Below the pieces are notes generated by a model. The model did no database searches and was not told the origin of the DNA. It saw only the letters and a list, made by a program, of their open reading frames with translations. Source: Phallusia mammillata (taxonomy: Eukaryota). Taken from it: 64,000 nucleotides of DNA. Within the stretch, counting starts at the first letter, position 1. Each line of letters starts with the position of its first letter. The stretch is taken from NCBI GenBank assembly GCA_965637545.1, contig OZ281499.1, positions 6,076,001 through 6,140,000 of the forward strand, written 5' to 3'. Below are positions 50,168 to 61,477 of this stretch, one piece after another. Made by a program: the position numbers and the translations under genes.

Positions 50168-50409
50168 GTAACATATTTCAAAAAACGTTACACACAGATT
50201 GATAAACTCCGGAAATCATCCCATGGTCTCCCTTTTGTAAACGCAAAGCTAGGATAAGCACTAGTTGACATATGAATGGCCGCGGCATTAAGTTGACCGA
50301 AGCGACCCTTTTACTCCAACCATTGTGACGCTGTATGTGCTTTTACCAAGCAAAATAATCTCAACTTAACTTTTTGTCAAACGAAAATCAAATTCGTTGT
50401 ATTTTGCAG

Positions 50410-50625
50410 CAGGAGCGAAATACAGCATCGACCTTACCTCGGTCGTCCAGCATTCGGCGAACCATTATGCGGGTTTTCAAGTTCCGAGGCCCAGAGAACG
50501 AAGCGTACATGGGTGAGGGCCGACCCCGCTCGTGGTCCCTCCCCACTAGAAACCGCCACACCACTGCAGTTGTCATGGAAACGGAGGACAGTGATGTTGT
50601 CGTGAGCGAATTGGCTATCATATGA
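50410..50625 (+). CDS. Gene X last coding exon (QERNTASTLPRSSSIRR...ELAII*)
   Basis: NAGNAG acceptor ttttgCAGCAG (exon start 50410 or 50413); TGA 50623-50625. Confidence 0.85.
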   Translation, partial: QERNTASTLPRSSSIRRTIMRVFKFRGPENEAYMGEGRPRSWSLPTRNRHTTAVVMETEDSDVVVSELAII

Positions 50626-50995
50626 AAATCTTAACCAAGGAATTTTGATGATAAGGTTTTTCTAAAACGGTGCGTTTAAAAGAACGTGATGTTTGTTGTA
50701 GCAAACTGAGAAAGAGAGAAATTGCAAAGTTTTACTTGCTCTACTGTGCTATATTTATATTCTTGTGTATTTTTGTGAACATTTCTAAACTTGCGAGAAT
50801 TCTTTATTCTACTGTGCTGTGTGTTTACAAAATGTGAGTAACTTATGTGTGCAAATCAATGAAATACTTTTGTGCGTTTTAGATTCAATCTACAGATCCG
50901 AATTTTTTCTCAACGTGTTTTGTATGTTAGCAATAACTTATCTGTTTGAAATGAAATTTTACGCACTTTTTTCTTTGGCGTTTTGCGAGAATCGA

Positions 50996-51001
50996 AATAA
51001 A
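50996..51001 (+). terminator. Candidate gene X polyadenylation signal
   Basis: AATAAA about 370 nt after the stop codon. Confidence 0.5.
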
Positions 51002-52384
51002 TTTGTATCTCCCATTTAAAGCATGGCCTGAAAACATTGGGTGAAGACCTTTAATCCAGGTATGGACAAAGAGTTTAAAATGCGAAACCTTAAGACACAA
51101 GTCATGTTGTCTGCAAATACAATATAATTAGTTTAGGAGTGTCACAAAAATTTATTCGTTTCTACACATTTATTAGTATTCCGAAACATCATCTGCTTTT
51201 AATGTGTAGTTTTTGTATTGCACACAAGGCCCCGGGGGTCTGTGAAATGGTTTTAGATGGTGCACGAAGGCAAAAGTTTTGTAAAGAAAAATGCTTTGTG
51301 TGGTGGTCCGTAAACCCATTAGGTTTGGAAGTGTGGCGCGTTGTTGTCGAAAGGTTGGGAACCAAACTCCTTAGTTGGGGTAGCATCCGTTTCTAAAAAA
51401 TACATATTTAAAGAACACACTATAAAACATTACTGCCATAAAACTTGTGTGCACTGAATACATCTTCAAGCCGTTTCCCCATTCGCTGTTCTCATTATCA
51501 GGTTGTCAACTGACCTTGAAGCGGGGGTTTAAATGAACACTAAGAAAAAAGGCAAATGCGCTTTTGTTTTGAAAAGTGTCGTAAAGATAACCACAAAACC
51601 ATAGTTAAAAACCTGCTCTGCTCCGTGGTAAAAAAAATAAAAAAATAGGGAGATGTCGTTGTTTGTTTAGTTGGTTTTTCAAGGGAGAGTCCCCTGGTGT
51701 TTAGTGTGGATGATCGGTGTGTCACAACTTTCGAATTTTCGATGTATTTGTTGATGGACAAAAACATTTGCAGTTTAGTAACATTAAAAAAAAGGTAACT
51801 TTTTCAGTTTATAAAGTTGCTTGTAGTAACCGATGTATGAATATTTGGTTTTTGCATTGAGTAAAAACGGCGTAATTTGTTTGTTTCGTTTATTGTATTT
51901 GGCTATTTTCTTTCCTTGCAAACATAAACATATATTTAGTTCTGGATATTATGTTAGCATTCTTAGCAACCACAATGGTTTGAATAACATACATGACTGA
52001 AAAGTATATTTTGTGTAACTTAAAAGGGCCAGGAAGTAGGACCAAGTTTTGAATTTTTTCATTGCTGTTGGCACTATTGGCAAATTACTACAGCCCTTAA
52101 TGGAATATATCAATTTTAGTTTCAGAGACTTATTAAGTCATCTTACATGGAATATTTCAAGTGGATATTGTCATATTTATTGCGAATACATTATTATGGT
52201 ATGTTATGTTTTCTTGCCTACTCTGCAGAGTGTGGCACATGCAGTGCAGTTTTTTTTAAAATGCCTGACGTTTTTTTACAACTGCTTATAAAAGTTTAGC
52301 ACAAATTACTGCCTAGTCCTTTACATCACTTGGTTATACCTGGGAAAAATGGTGTTGTGCATGGACTCAGTGGGGCATGCACAT

Positions 52385-53171
52385 ACCAGAGAGAAGCCAG
52401 CGCCCAATCGCTTTACGCTAAAACTAAAAAAGATGCGATACTGAAATTTGCACACAATATTCTACGCTTTTAAAGCTTTTCAGCGCACAAACTTTCGAAA
52501 AAAAAATATTTTTCAGTTATTAATACGCGTATTTTGAAATTAATATTCAACGATATGAACGTCATAACGCCAGGGGTGCTCCATATAATGTATTGCAAAG
52601 TTTTCTCCTGAACACAAGCTTCAAAATAAGCCCAAACACAATGTTCTAGCAAATCGGAATCGTGTCCAAATATTAATAACAATATGCCATATTCACCAAA
52701 ATCATATTCGATGTGCGCTGGCCTTAAAAATTTAACGCAGCTCTTTGAAATTGACAAATGATACTCCTTACATTCATACCTTTAAAATAAGCCATCACTC
52801 GAGCTTCTAGCAACAAGTTGGCTTTGCCAAATTCGCGGTTAATAATTCATAAATAATATCCAAAATATTAATATATATATATATATTTGGACACGATTCC
52901 GATTTGCTAGAACATTGTGTTTGGGCTTATTTTGAAGCTTGTGTTCAGGAGAAAACTTTGCAATACATTATATGGAGCACCCCTGGCGTTATGACGTTCA
53001 TATCGTTGAATATTAATTTCAAAATACGCGTATTAATAACTGAAAAATATTTTTTTTTCGAAAGTTTGTGCGCTGAAAAGCTTTAAAAGCGTAGAATATT
53101 GTGTGCAAATTTCAGTATCGCATCTTTTTTAGTTTTAGCGTAAAGCGATTGGGCGCTGGCTTCTCTCTGGT
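52385..53171. mobile_element. Non-autonomous foldback / Mutator-like element, 289-bp TIRs, 9-bp TSD
   Basis: Arms 52385-52673 and 52883-53171 are reverse complements with no mismatch in the stretches compared; 209-bp spacer; TSD catgcacat at 52376-52384 and 53172-53180. Confidence 0.95.
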
Positions 53172-53774
53172 CATGCACATGGGCCAGTCTGCAGAATATG
53201 ACAGTTTACTATGAGATCTTAGGGCTAAATGACTAGTGACTACTATATTCCCCGTGTGCATGTGCATAACCTCTGAGTGCATGCGTAAGACCACTTACAT
53301 TGGGTACAATTCAAGTTATAAACATAGGCCAGGCAGCACTTTATGCTAAATTTCTGGGTGCAATTGTACAAAAAATCGTGTGTAAATTTTTTTTCCATAC
53401 AAACCTCCCGCATGCAGCTGTCCCACTCTGCAGACTGACATGTGAGACATAGCAGTCCTGCTCAGCACCCAAAATCTTGCTGAAAGCTGCCATGTTTTGC
53501 AGACTGTTTTTTTTTGCTGGAACACAGGTTTATTTCAAAGCACATGTTTACATTAACATCTTGTGAATTTTTTTTTAAAGAACTAATGCAAATGTGATGC
53601 CATGATGTTTAAAATTTATTTTAAGTACATATATTTACCGAAAGTTTATAAAACTGACAGTGTGTTTAGGCTGATTTAGAAATGTGAGAAACTGGTGAAA
53701 TTTTTATGTAAGGTGTAAAAAACATCTTTCTCTGGTGTCACTTTTCAAACTTTGCTTAACATCAATTAAAAACC

Positions 53775-54072
53775 ATGGAAGCCACGTCTGAGTCACCTGT
53801 TAATGTAGAATTGTCTACTTCACCGCCGAGAACAGATGAAAGCCAATCACAGTCTGTCGTTGAAACTCAAACAACTACTGCTGGTGATGCAGAGGCAACC
53901 TCTACTCCTTCAGATGTTGAAAGCATCGCTTCTATGCCTGAATCCAACACAGACTCTACATCTAGAGGTAGCTCCATCACCCTGCCTTCTATCTTTTCTT
54001 CTCCAATCAAGAACCTAAGGTCGCTCACAAGAAAATCGGTTTCAAGCAAGGAGTCCTTGTTTTCTCCCACAG
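53775..54072 (+). CDS. RUFY1/2/3: RUFY alternative first coding exon A (S/T/E-rich N-terminus)
   Basis: accATGg start, MEATSESPVNVELSTSPP...; donor ag|gtgagt, phase 1, matches acceptor 56633. Confidence 0.75.
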
Positions 54073-55188
54073 GTGAGTTTTTTTGTGGTTTAAATTTTTT
54101 TGGATTTGTCAATATATTGATTTATGCATTCAATATCACTTTAGTTTAACATGGTTTATAATTTTTGCCTTTGGTGGAATTAAATCATTGCACATGTGCT
54201 TAATGAAGTCTAAATGAAGTCTGCTTTACTTTGTTAGGTACATACATATTGTTTTTCTATTTGTGTAAAAAATCAGTTTGCATTTACCTCAAATTTATTG
54301 ATAGTTGAATTTGCTGTACTACCTTTTAATGCATATAAAGGTTTATAAGGTACTTTATTGTCAGCTTGCAGAAAAACTCCTGACTGTTAAAATGGCTTTT
54401 TGTTGTTGTCAAGTAAGCACTTTGTAGTACACAAAACAATAGAATATGCAAAATTATTACTTTAGATGTACAAGAGCAAAGTATGTGACAAAGTCCAGAT
54501 GAAGTATATATACATATATATTAAGTAAATATCTTTGTCTTGTGTTTTTTTAAGTTTGCACTAGAAAGTGAATTCATTTTCAGAATGAAATCTTAGAAAT
54601 GAAATTTAAATATTATTTCTTTGGAATGGCATGTAAAATATTTCTTTTTACATTTATTGATGGGTGAAAATGGGTTTATTGATTAGTTAATTTAGTTTTG
54701 TGGAGTTACTGCAGAATTCTAAGATTTTTAATGTTGTCCTCATACGGAAGAAATACAAGCAATTGGATTTTTAATTTTTCTGGATAACAGTAAAACTCTT
54801 TGGAATTTTCCTGTAGGTGTTATGTGTTTTACTAACACAAAACTGGAATGATGTCATTTAAGCTGGATGTTAGCTCAGTCAGGCTGCTGTTAGACACACT
54901 AAATTATTCATTAGAGTATTGATCCATTTTTAGAAAAAAAGTGCAGCAAGTGCTATCGACCAGTGGGGCGTGTTTTAAAGCCTGTCTGTTTGCTAGGTAA
55001 AGCATAAATTGCACAATGCCAGTTGTTTTACTGAGATTGCTGCTTAAACTGCTTCATGTGTATTCATATTATCTGTAGAGTTTTATTTTGAAGTTATACA
55101 GCAATTGTTTAGCTTTTTAGTTGAACAAACTTGTTCACAGTTTTAGTTCTTCTTTTTACCTTCAAGTGAGATTTGTGTGCAAGCAAAG

Positions 55189-56326
55189 ATGCCCATTATC
55201 AGAAAAAGTCCAACAAGTCACCACAAGCACCACCCCTACCTTTCAAACAGACCAGGCAATGATGTACATTCAGGAGGACATAGAGACTACAGAATGGTGT
55301 CTCGTTCTATGCACAATATTTCACGCTCTTCCAGTGGCTGGTTAAAATCTGATAACATGCCCCGTTCCATGAGTGCTATTGACGAAAACAGCGAAGGTTG
55401 GAAGTTGCCATTTTGTGGTGTACTTTCTTCTACTGAAAACCATAATGATAATGGTTCAACATATGGTGTTGCTGATTCAGAAATAGACCACTATACAAGG
55501 CCAAGGGGCTTGTCTATCAGAAATGGAAGGCAGATTCCAAGATCTTGCAGTTACCAAGTGGGAGAAAATCAACCTGTCAGTCCTGTAAGTTGTTCTTCGC
55601 CTATTCCTGTGCCAAGAAGAAGTGGCACAAAGCGTAAAACCAGTTCCAGAAGCAGTGGTGGTTACTTTTTTGACAAGTACATGAAGCGATTTCGTGCCAA
55701 GTATGGTTCAAGATCTAGAAAGTCCAGTGCCACTGAAAGTGAGGCTAGCGAAGATATGAAAAGTGAAAAACAAGTCATAATTAATATCACCAGCAATCGT
55801 CAAGACATGGTATGCGACGAAAATGTGGAGAGAATCTTTTATGACACAATTCACCAGCATGATGGCAATAATGAACTTGATAGTTACCATCAAGACGACC
55901 TCTATCCATTGCGCTATGGTTCCTCAGCAAAATGGGATGCACAAATTGCCACTGTGCCGCGGTCAGCCACTAAGGACAGTGGCTGTGGAACTGTCACTAG
56001 CTCTGATATCAGCGAAATACAGCGCAAGGATGAGTATCTAACTCTATCCTCAGTGTTTCCTGCCAGTCCTCAAAGATTTTGGGGTGACGCTAGTTTTAAT
56101 GACTTGGATGAGATGTATGCTCAACCGGTGTCTCCTGTCCCAAGCATTACTGATGGTGCTGAAGTGTCGTGTCGCTATAGTGATAGTAGCAGTGAAACCC
56201 TGAAAGCTATGGAAACTTTGTATTTGTGTAACTTTAAAGTGGCAATAGAAGGAGATTGGCTCTGTCTCAAAGAGATTTGTGATGATGCTGTAGCCTCGAA
56301 TGCACTGATTGCAAACGCTGTGCAAG
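55189..56326 (+). CDS. RUFY1/2/3: RUFY alternative first coding exon B (379 aa, ends in a RUFY3-type motif)
   Basis: Long open frame ending AMETLYLCNFKVAIEGDWLCLKEI...AVQ, similar to human RUFY3 AMETIYLCKFRVSMDGEWLCLREL (recalled). Donor ag|gtgcat, phase 1. Confidence 0.85.
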
Positions 56327-56632
56327 GTGCATATTTTGTGTATTATGTAAATAAAAAGTCTAAATTCTTGAAGTTTTAATTTGTTTTAGATGTATACAGC
56401 ATGCAATAGAGTGATAAAATTCAAAACATTTAAACTGAGAAAAAGTATTTCCTAAAATGATTTTATTTTATTTTCAGCAAAGAGTTTCAGCAGCATTTGC
56501 ACATATGCCGTTTACTGTATGTTAGTAGAATTTTACACGTGTTTGATTTAAAATTGAGACTCTTTTTGGTTACAACATATAACTGCCACAAAAATCGAAA
56601 TTTCGTTAAAAAAATCTTTCATCTTTTTCCAG

Positions 56633-56719
56633 ATGAATTGGCAAAGAATGGAATTGTTGATGAAAATGCCAAGGAGGGAAACTCACAACAAATGAAAGTT
56701 GAACGAAGAAACTTGCTTG
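56633..56719 (+). CDS. RUFY1/2/3: RUFY common exon (DELAKNG...KVERRNLL)
   Basis: ctttttccag acceptor; ERRNLL corresponds to RUFY ERMNLM just before the RUN domain. Confidence 0.9.
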
Positions 56720-57455
56720 GTATTGTACCTAACATGCAATCAAGTGTTTCTATCATTTTATAACTATTTCAGAATAATCCTATAGCATTGCAATGTCAGT
56801 AGAAATACAGCACAAATGATTTAGGTTAATCACCTAGCAACTTTGTCAACATTTTTTTTCCTAACCCAGTCTAAAATTGTGTATGCTAAAAACAGAATTG
56901 ACTTTTATCCAAAATTGTCTGTATAAAATGAATATAAATACAACATTGCAAACAAAAAAGAAAAGGCCCAACAATATAACAAAAACATTAAAAATAAAGA
57001 TTAAATAGTGTTTTAGGTACAGTTTTATTTAGAGCTCTGAAAAAAAGTCAGGCATCATTTAAATCTAGGGTGTTTGAAATTGATTTAATTCCGGTATCAT
57101 TTTCTATCTCTGGCAAAGTAGGCTTTGATTTCTTATCAATTATTTAACACAAAACTGCAACCAAGCTTAACCTGTGCCGTGAAACACAATTTTATGTTTC
57201 CCACTTTTTGGTCAGATGTCCAAGACATTAGATCATCTCTCCATTAATTGTAAACATAGGTGCTGTTTTTGAAATTTCTATAGTTTTGACTTATAACAAA
57301 AATATATTTTTACACAAGTAAAACTTATTTCGGCAATTAATGGCAATAGACTGTATTTCAAAATTTTATAAATTGCATCACATTACTGTCTTATGATTGC
57401 ACATTGCACGTAAAACGTATGCTGAACATGTTTCATTTTATTTCTCATTTACAAG

Positions 57456-57587
57456 GTATGGCAAAACTGAGTGTAAAGAGCCTGATTGGTTCTTCCTTGT
57501 CTGCTGGACACACACTGGACAGTGATCATGCCCCACTACAACAATTCTTTGTTGTACTGGAATATATTCTGCGACAAGGATTAAAAA
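57456..57587 (+). CDS. RUFY1/2/3: RUFY RUN domain exon
   Basis: MAKLSVKSLIGSSLSAGHTLDSDHAPLQQFFVVLEYILRQGLK; donor gtaagt. Confidence 0.97.
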
Positions 57588-57707
57588 GTAAGTCTGTTTT
57601 CATTGTGGTAATCATTCACAACACATAAATATAATGTGATAATAGAGGTATATATAATAAAAAGGAAAAATCAAATTTAAACCTAACACACTTTATTTTG
57701 TTTGCAG

Positions 57708-57825
57708 ATCCAAAAAACTTCTTTGTTCAAAACAAGTACTTTTGGCCAGCATTAGAATCTATTGAAAAGTTTTACCCGGATGCAAAGGAGATTACCAACA
57801 GTGTTCGAAGCCTACCTGGAATTCG
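57708..57825 (+). CDS. RUFY1/2/3: RUFY RUN domain exon
   Basis: PKNFFVQNKYFWPALESIEKFYPDAKEITNSVRSLPGI. Confidence 0.95.
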
Positions 57826-58152
57826 GTTAGCATGCAAGCAAAATTACCAGATGCTCAAACCAATCTCTGTTAACATTTGACCATGAAACTATTTTTGCCA
57901 CATCTGCCATAATGCGCTGTGACCTGGCATCATATTTTAGATTTTTGGCTTTTGGAATGTATTATCAATATGCCATCTAAATCATATCTTATAAAAACTG
58001 TTAATAGACAAATTGAATTGTTTGTATACTTTGTTTAATTGCATGGGGATCGTCAATCCTAAAGGGAGCTATTTGTTAAGAAATTCAGCCAGATATGTGC
58101 ACAAAAAAGCTTGTGCTATAAGTTCAAGTAATGCAGCAACTTTGTTGTTTAG

Positions 58153-58254
58153 AACAAATTTGGGTAGAGGCCGTGCTTGGTTGAGACTGGCTGTCATGCA
58201 AAAGAAGTTATCTGATTATTTCAAGGTTTTGATCGAAAACAAGACCATTTTGAG
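58153..58254 (+). CDS. RUFY1/2/3: RUFY RUN domain exon
   Basis: TNLGRGRAWLRLAVMQKKLSDY (RUN signature GRGRAWLRLA). Confidence 0.97.
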
Positions 58255-58748
58255 GTTAGTATTAAACTTCCTAAACATTCCTGAATTGTTTCTTTCCTAA
58301 ACAAAACAGCTAGTAACACAAAGTCCCCTAAACACTGGTTAGAAAATAGTTTTGGCATAAATTACACACACCTTGTTAAACATTGTCATTGTCTGGTCTT
58401 GATGCAAAAAATAGACCTGCAGGGCTAAAATATAGCAGGTTTCCTAGTTATTTGAAACCAATAAATAAAGTCTTTAATTGCTGCTTTCTTAGGACTATCT
58501 TAATTGCTGTTTGCTTAGGACTGAAATGTATTTCTCTTTTTTGAAATTTTTGAAGGATGAAAACCTATCAAAAAAATTGTGTAATAATTCAGTTGGGTTG
58601 ATTTTGTTACCTTTGCACATTGGTTCTGTAAAAGATTTGAAAGAAACTTATCCTCCACATTTTCTGATTAATCTGTATCTATTTCGTAAATTTGCTGCAA
58701 TGAAGAGCAAAAAGTTCAATGTACTTCAGTTTTTAATCAACTTTTTAG

Positions 58749-58872
58749 CGAGTGGTATGAAGATGGTGCCTTGCTGATGAATGATGAGGCTACAGTTCTG
58801 GCCGGACACTTGGTGGGGCTAAACTGCATAGATGCAAACCTTTGTATGAAAGGAGATGATCTTGATAACCAG
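58749..58872 (+). CDS. RUFY1/2/3: RUFY RUN domain C-terminal exon
   Basis: [41 protein letters not shown]. Confidence 0.97.
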
Positions 58873-58944
58873 GTCAGTTCAGCTCAAAGCATGAACAAAA
58901 TGGGGAAAGTCAATTCAGCGGAGGATATCATTTTGTGTTGGTAG

Positions 58945-59075
58945 GTGACAGTAATTGACTACAGCATGTATATGATGGATGGCAATAGAAGTTTAGCTGA
59001 TGATGCCAAAGAAAATGAGGAAAATGCGATGCAAAAGCTAATGGACCAAAAGAACTACCTCGAAGAAAGAAACAG
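58945..59075 (+). CDS. RUFY1/2/3: RUFY exon, start of coiled coil
   Basis: VTVIDYSMY...LMDQKNYLEERN, after a 72-nt intron. Confidence 0.95.
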
Positions 59076-59481
59076 GTACAAAAGAGAACTACTGTAATAC
59101 CTTTCTACATACAGTGGACAATTTAAGTTTTGTTTGAGTGACACGAAAGTGCTAAATTGCAGGATGACCAGTTACCAGTAATTTTCCGCATGTGCTTAAT
59201 AATAGTTTTGTTGATAATACAAAACCTTATCCCAACCCAACTAGCACTCTCTGCAGCATTTTGTCTGTCATTCAGCAGAAAATTTAACATTTCAGGACCC
59301 AGCGGTTTAGTGTTGTCTGTTTACAATCCACAAACTAAATAGTTTTAACAAGAATGTTTTTTATTATTTGTTTGCAGAAATTTAGGGTATGGGCATAGCT
59401 TGGTCCATCCCCAAAAGCAAATCAGTGCAGTATAAAACTCATATGAAATGTAATAATTTTTGAGTATCTAACTTTGTACAG

Positions 59482-59662
59482 GCATTTGGAGACAACTTCA
59501 AGCGAACTTCGAGAACGGGTGGAGCAATTAGAAACAGAAAATCAAACGCTTCACACTGAATTGGCTGCCACCAAGATTTTGTTAGAAGACACTCAAAGCG
59601 ACAAGCAAAGAATGATTAATGAGAAACAGGACATGACAGCATTTCATCAGAAAACCTTAGAG
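59482..59662 (+). CDS. RUFY1/2/3: RUFY coiled-coil exon
   Basis: HLETTSSELRERVEQLETENQ...; phase 2-0. Confidence 0.92.
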
Positions 59663-59786
59663 GTTTGTTTCCTTAAATTTGGACTGAAACATACTTAAAA
59701 AAGGGTTTTATTTGTTTAATTACAGTAATTTTATTTTCCAATTAAATGTTGAAGTATTCAAATTGTAATTCATAATGCATGTTTAG

Positions 59787-59903
59787 GACCGTGAGAAAGA
59801 CTTGGATACTGAGAGGATGACTTTACGCACATCCAGAGCTGAACTGGATGAAATGTACACACAGATACAAAAACAATTGCGACATGAAACACAAATGAGA
59901 ATG
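59787..59903 (+). CDS. RUFY1/2/3: RUFY coiled-coil exon
   Basis: DREKDLDTERMTLRTSRAELDEMY...; donor gtaagt. Confidence 0.92.
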
Positions 59904-60085
59904 GTAAGTGAATAGATTTTAGGTTACATTGTCATTTTGGTGTTACAAGGAGCACAATGGTAAGATGTATCTTTATCTATATGTCAGTTAAGTAAAAACA
60001 AAAATAATAGATATTTCTTTCTAGAATATTTTTGTTTGGATGTGTTACTATCAACCAAACATCTTTACATAAGGTATTGCTGCAC

Positions 60086-60290
60086 GGCATAATATCAAGT
60101 TTTTAAAGCTCTTCTGGCAAATGTAATCTTATTCCAACTTTTCGACATACTACATAGGTTGTCTTCATCAGGGTAAATAACACTGAATGTACAGTGAACG
60201 ATAAACAAAGGAAAAGGAAAAGGAATGAACGCAAGCATGTCACAATGCAACGAAATAAAATTACATTTGCCAGAAGAGCTCTACAAACTT
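60086..60290 (-). mobile_element. Penelope-like element remnant with an inverted 3' tail
   Basis: Minus-strand hammerhead motif followed by aataag-attacatttgccagaagagct; perfect 21-bp inverted copy (60107-60127 vs 60260-60280) preceded by AATAAA 60254-60259. Confidence 0.65.
60129..60180 (-). ncRNA. Minimal type I hammerhead ribozyme motif (variant at position 15.2)
   Basis: Minus strand: ttatttacc CTGATGA a gaca[acctatgtagta]tgtc GAAA a GTT gg aataa. Stem II 4 bp; stem I cc/gg plus ttatt/aataa. Confidence 0.6.
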
Positions 60291-60362
60291 CTTTATGAAA
60301 AATATCTTTGGCTGAAATAATCCATTTTTAACCGATCATGAACTTTTACATTATTTTTGCAG

Positions 60363-60530
60363 GATGTTGAAAGAGAACTTGAACTTCAGATGTCGCTAAA
60401 GAATGAACTTGAAGTTGCTATGAGACTCCTGGAGAAAGACATTTACGACAAACAGGATGGTCTAATTACACTGCGAGAACAACTTGATAATGTCAAGGCC
60501 ATTAACATGGACATCTACAAAAAACTGCAG
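60363..60530 (+). CDS. RUFY1/2/3: RUFY coiled-coil exon
   Basis: [41 protein letters not shown] (typical RUFY segment). Confidence 0.96.
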
Positions 60531-60913
60531 GTTGGACATTTTTTGCATCTTTGTGTTGGCTGCTGCTGGACTTTATGTTAAATGTTAAAGCATTACAGTG
60601 TTGGTTCGATGCTAAACATCGCATAATAATATGCTGAGCTGTTTTAAATGTGCCAGTTCCCTTAATTTTTACCTTGCAAGAGAAATAAACCATTGTAGGA
60701 GCATGAAGTTTCAGGGTAATACATTAAACAATGTGATCATTTTACTAATTTGTCATATGTGTGGGGTGTCATTTTTGTCATATATCAAGTGATATGTTAT
60801 TAAGACATTACCTCGATGGCCAATCCCCCAAAAGAATATGTGGTTGTCTGAAATGTATAGTTTTTTATATTTATTTACCACATAAATTAAAATGTTACAC
60901 AAATAATTGGCAG

Positions 60914-61011
60914 GCAAAAACAGAACTGGAGGAAAAGAAAAACAGAACTATCGGAAAATTTGAGCAAGACACAAAAGAACTGGCACAGCAAATCTCTAAA
61001 CTACAAGAACA
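60914..61011 (+). CDS. RUFY1/2/3: RUFY coiled-coil exon
   Basis: AKTELEEKKNRTIGKFEQDTKELAQQISKLQE; donor ca|gtaagt, phase 2. Confidence 0.88.
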
Positions 61012-61419
61012 GTAAGTTGTTCACTTGAAATCCTAATGCTTTTCGGTAACTTCAAACAGTTTTATCTACACCCATGGACATTATCTGTTATATTTGAACG
61101 GTATGTATTAAATTGTCGAAGTTTTTAACACAGACTTTAACAATCAAATAATTTTAATGATATTAATATTTTAACTTATTGATGCATTTTTTTCTACAAA
61201 AAGATTTAAACCCCTAATTAACAGTAAAAATACATGCAATTATGTGTTAAACACTAAAATCATGATTTAAATTAGGTATCAATTAGGTATTATGTCTATT
61301 ATCAATATTCACTTTGGCATGACATTTAATCTGATTCATATTTTATCTTATTTTGTTCCTTTTATTTTCTACTCCCTGATTTTATTTCATTTTTTTCTGC
61401 TGCTTGGTAATCATCTCAG

Positions 61420-61477
61420 GAACAAATACAAGGAAGCAAAGGTGGAACAGAACAGATTAGATCTTGTATGGATCTAA
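61420..61477 (+). CDS. RUFY1/2/3: RUFY candidate alternative terminal exon (FYVE-less isoform)
   Basis: catctcag|g aac aaa...: phase-2 join gives KLQEQ-NKYKEAKVEQNRLDLVWI*. Confidence 0.5.

Noticed and set aside
52470-53086. Identical peptides on opposite strands
   Set aside because: Artefact of the foldback element's inverted repeats.
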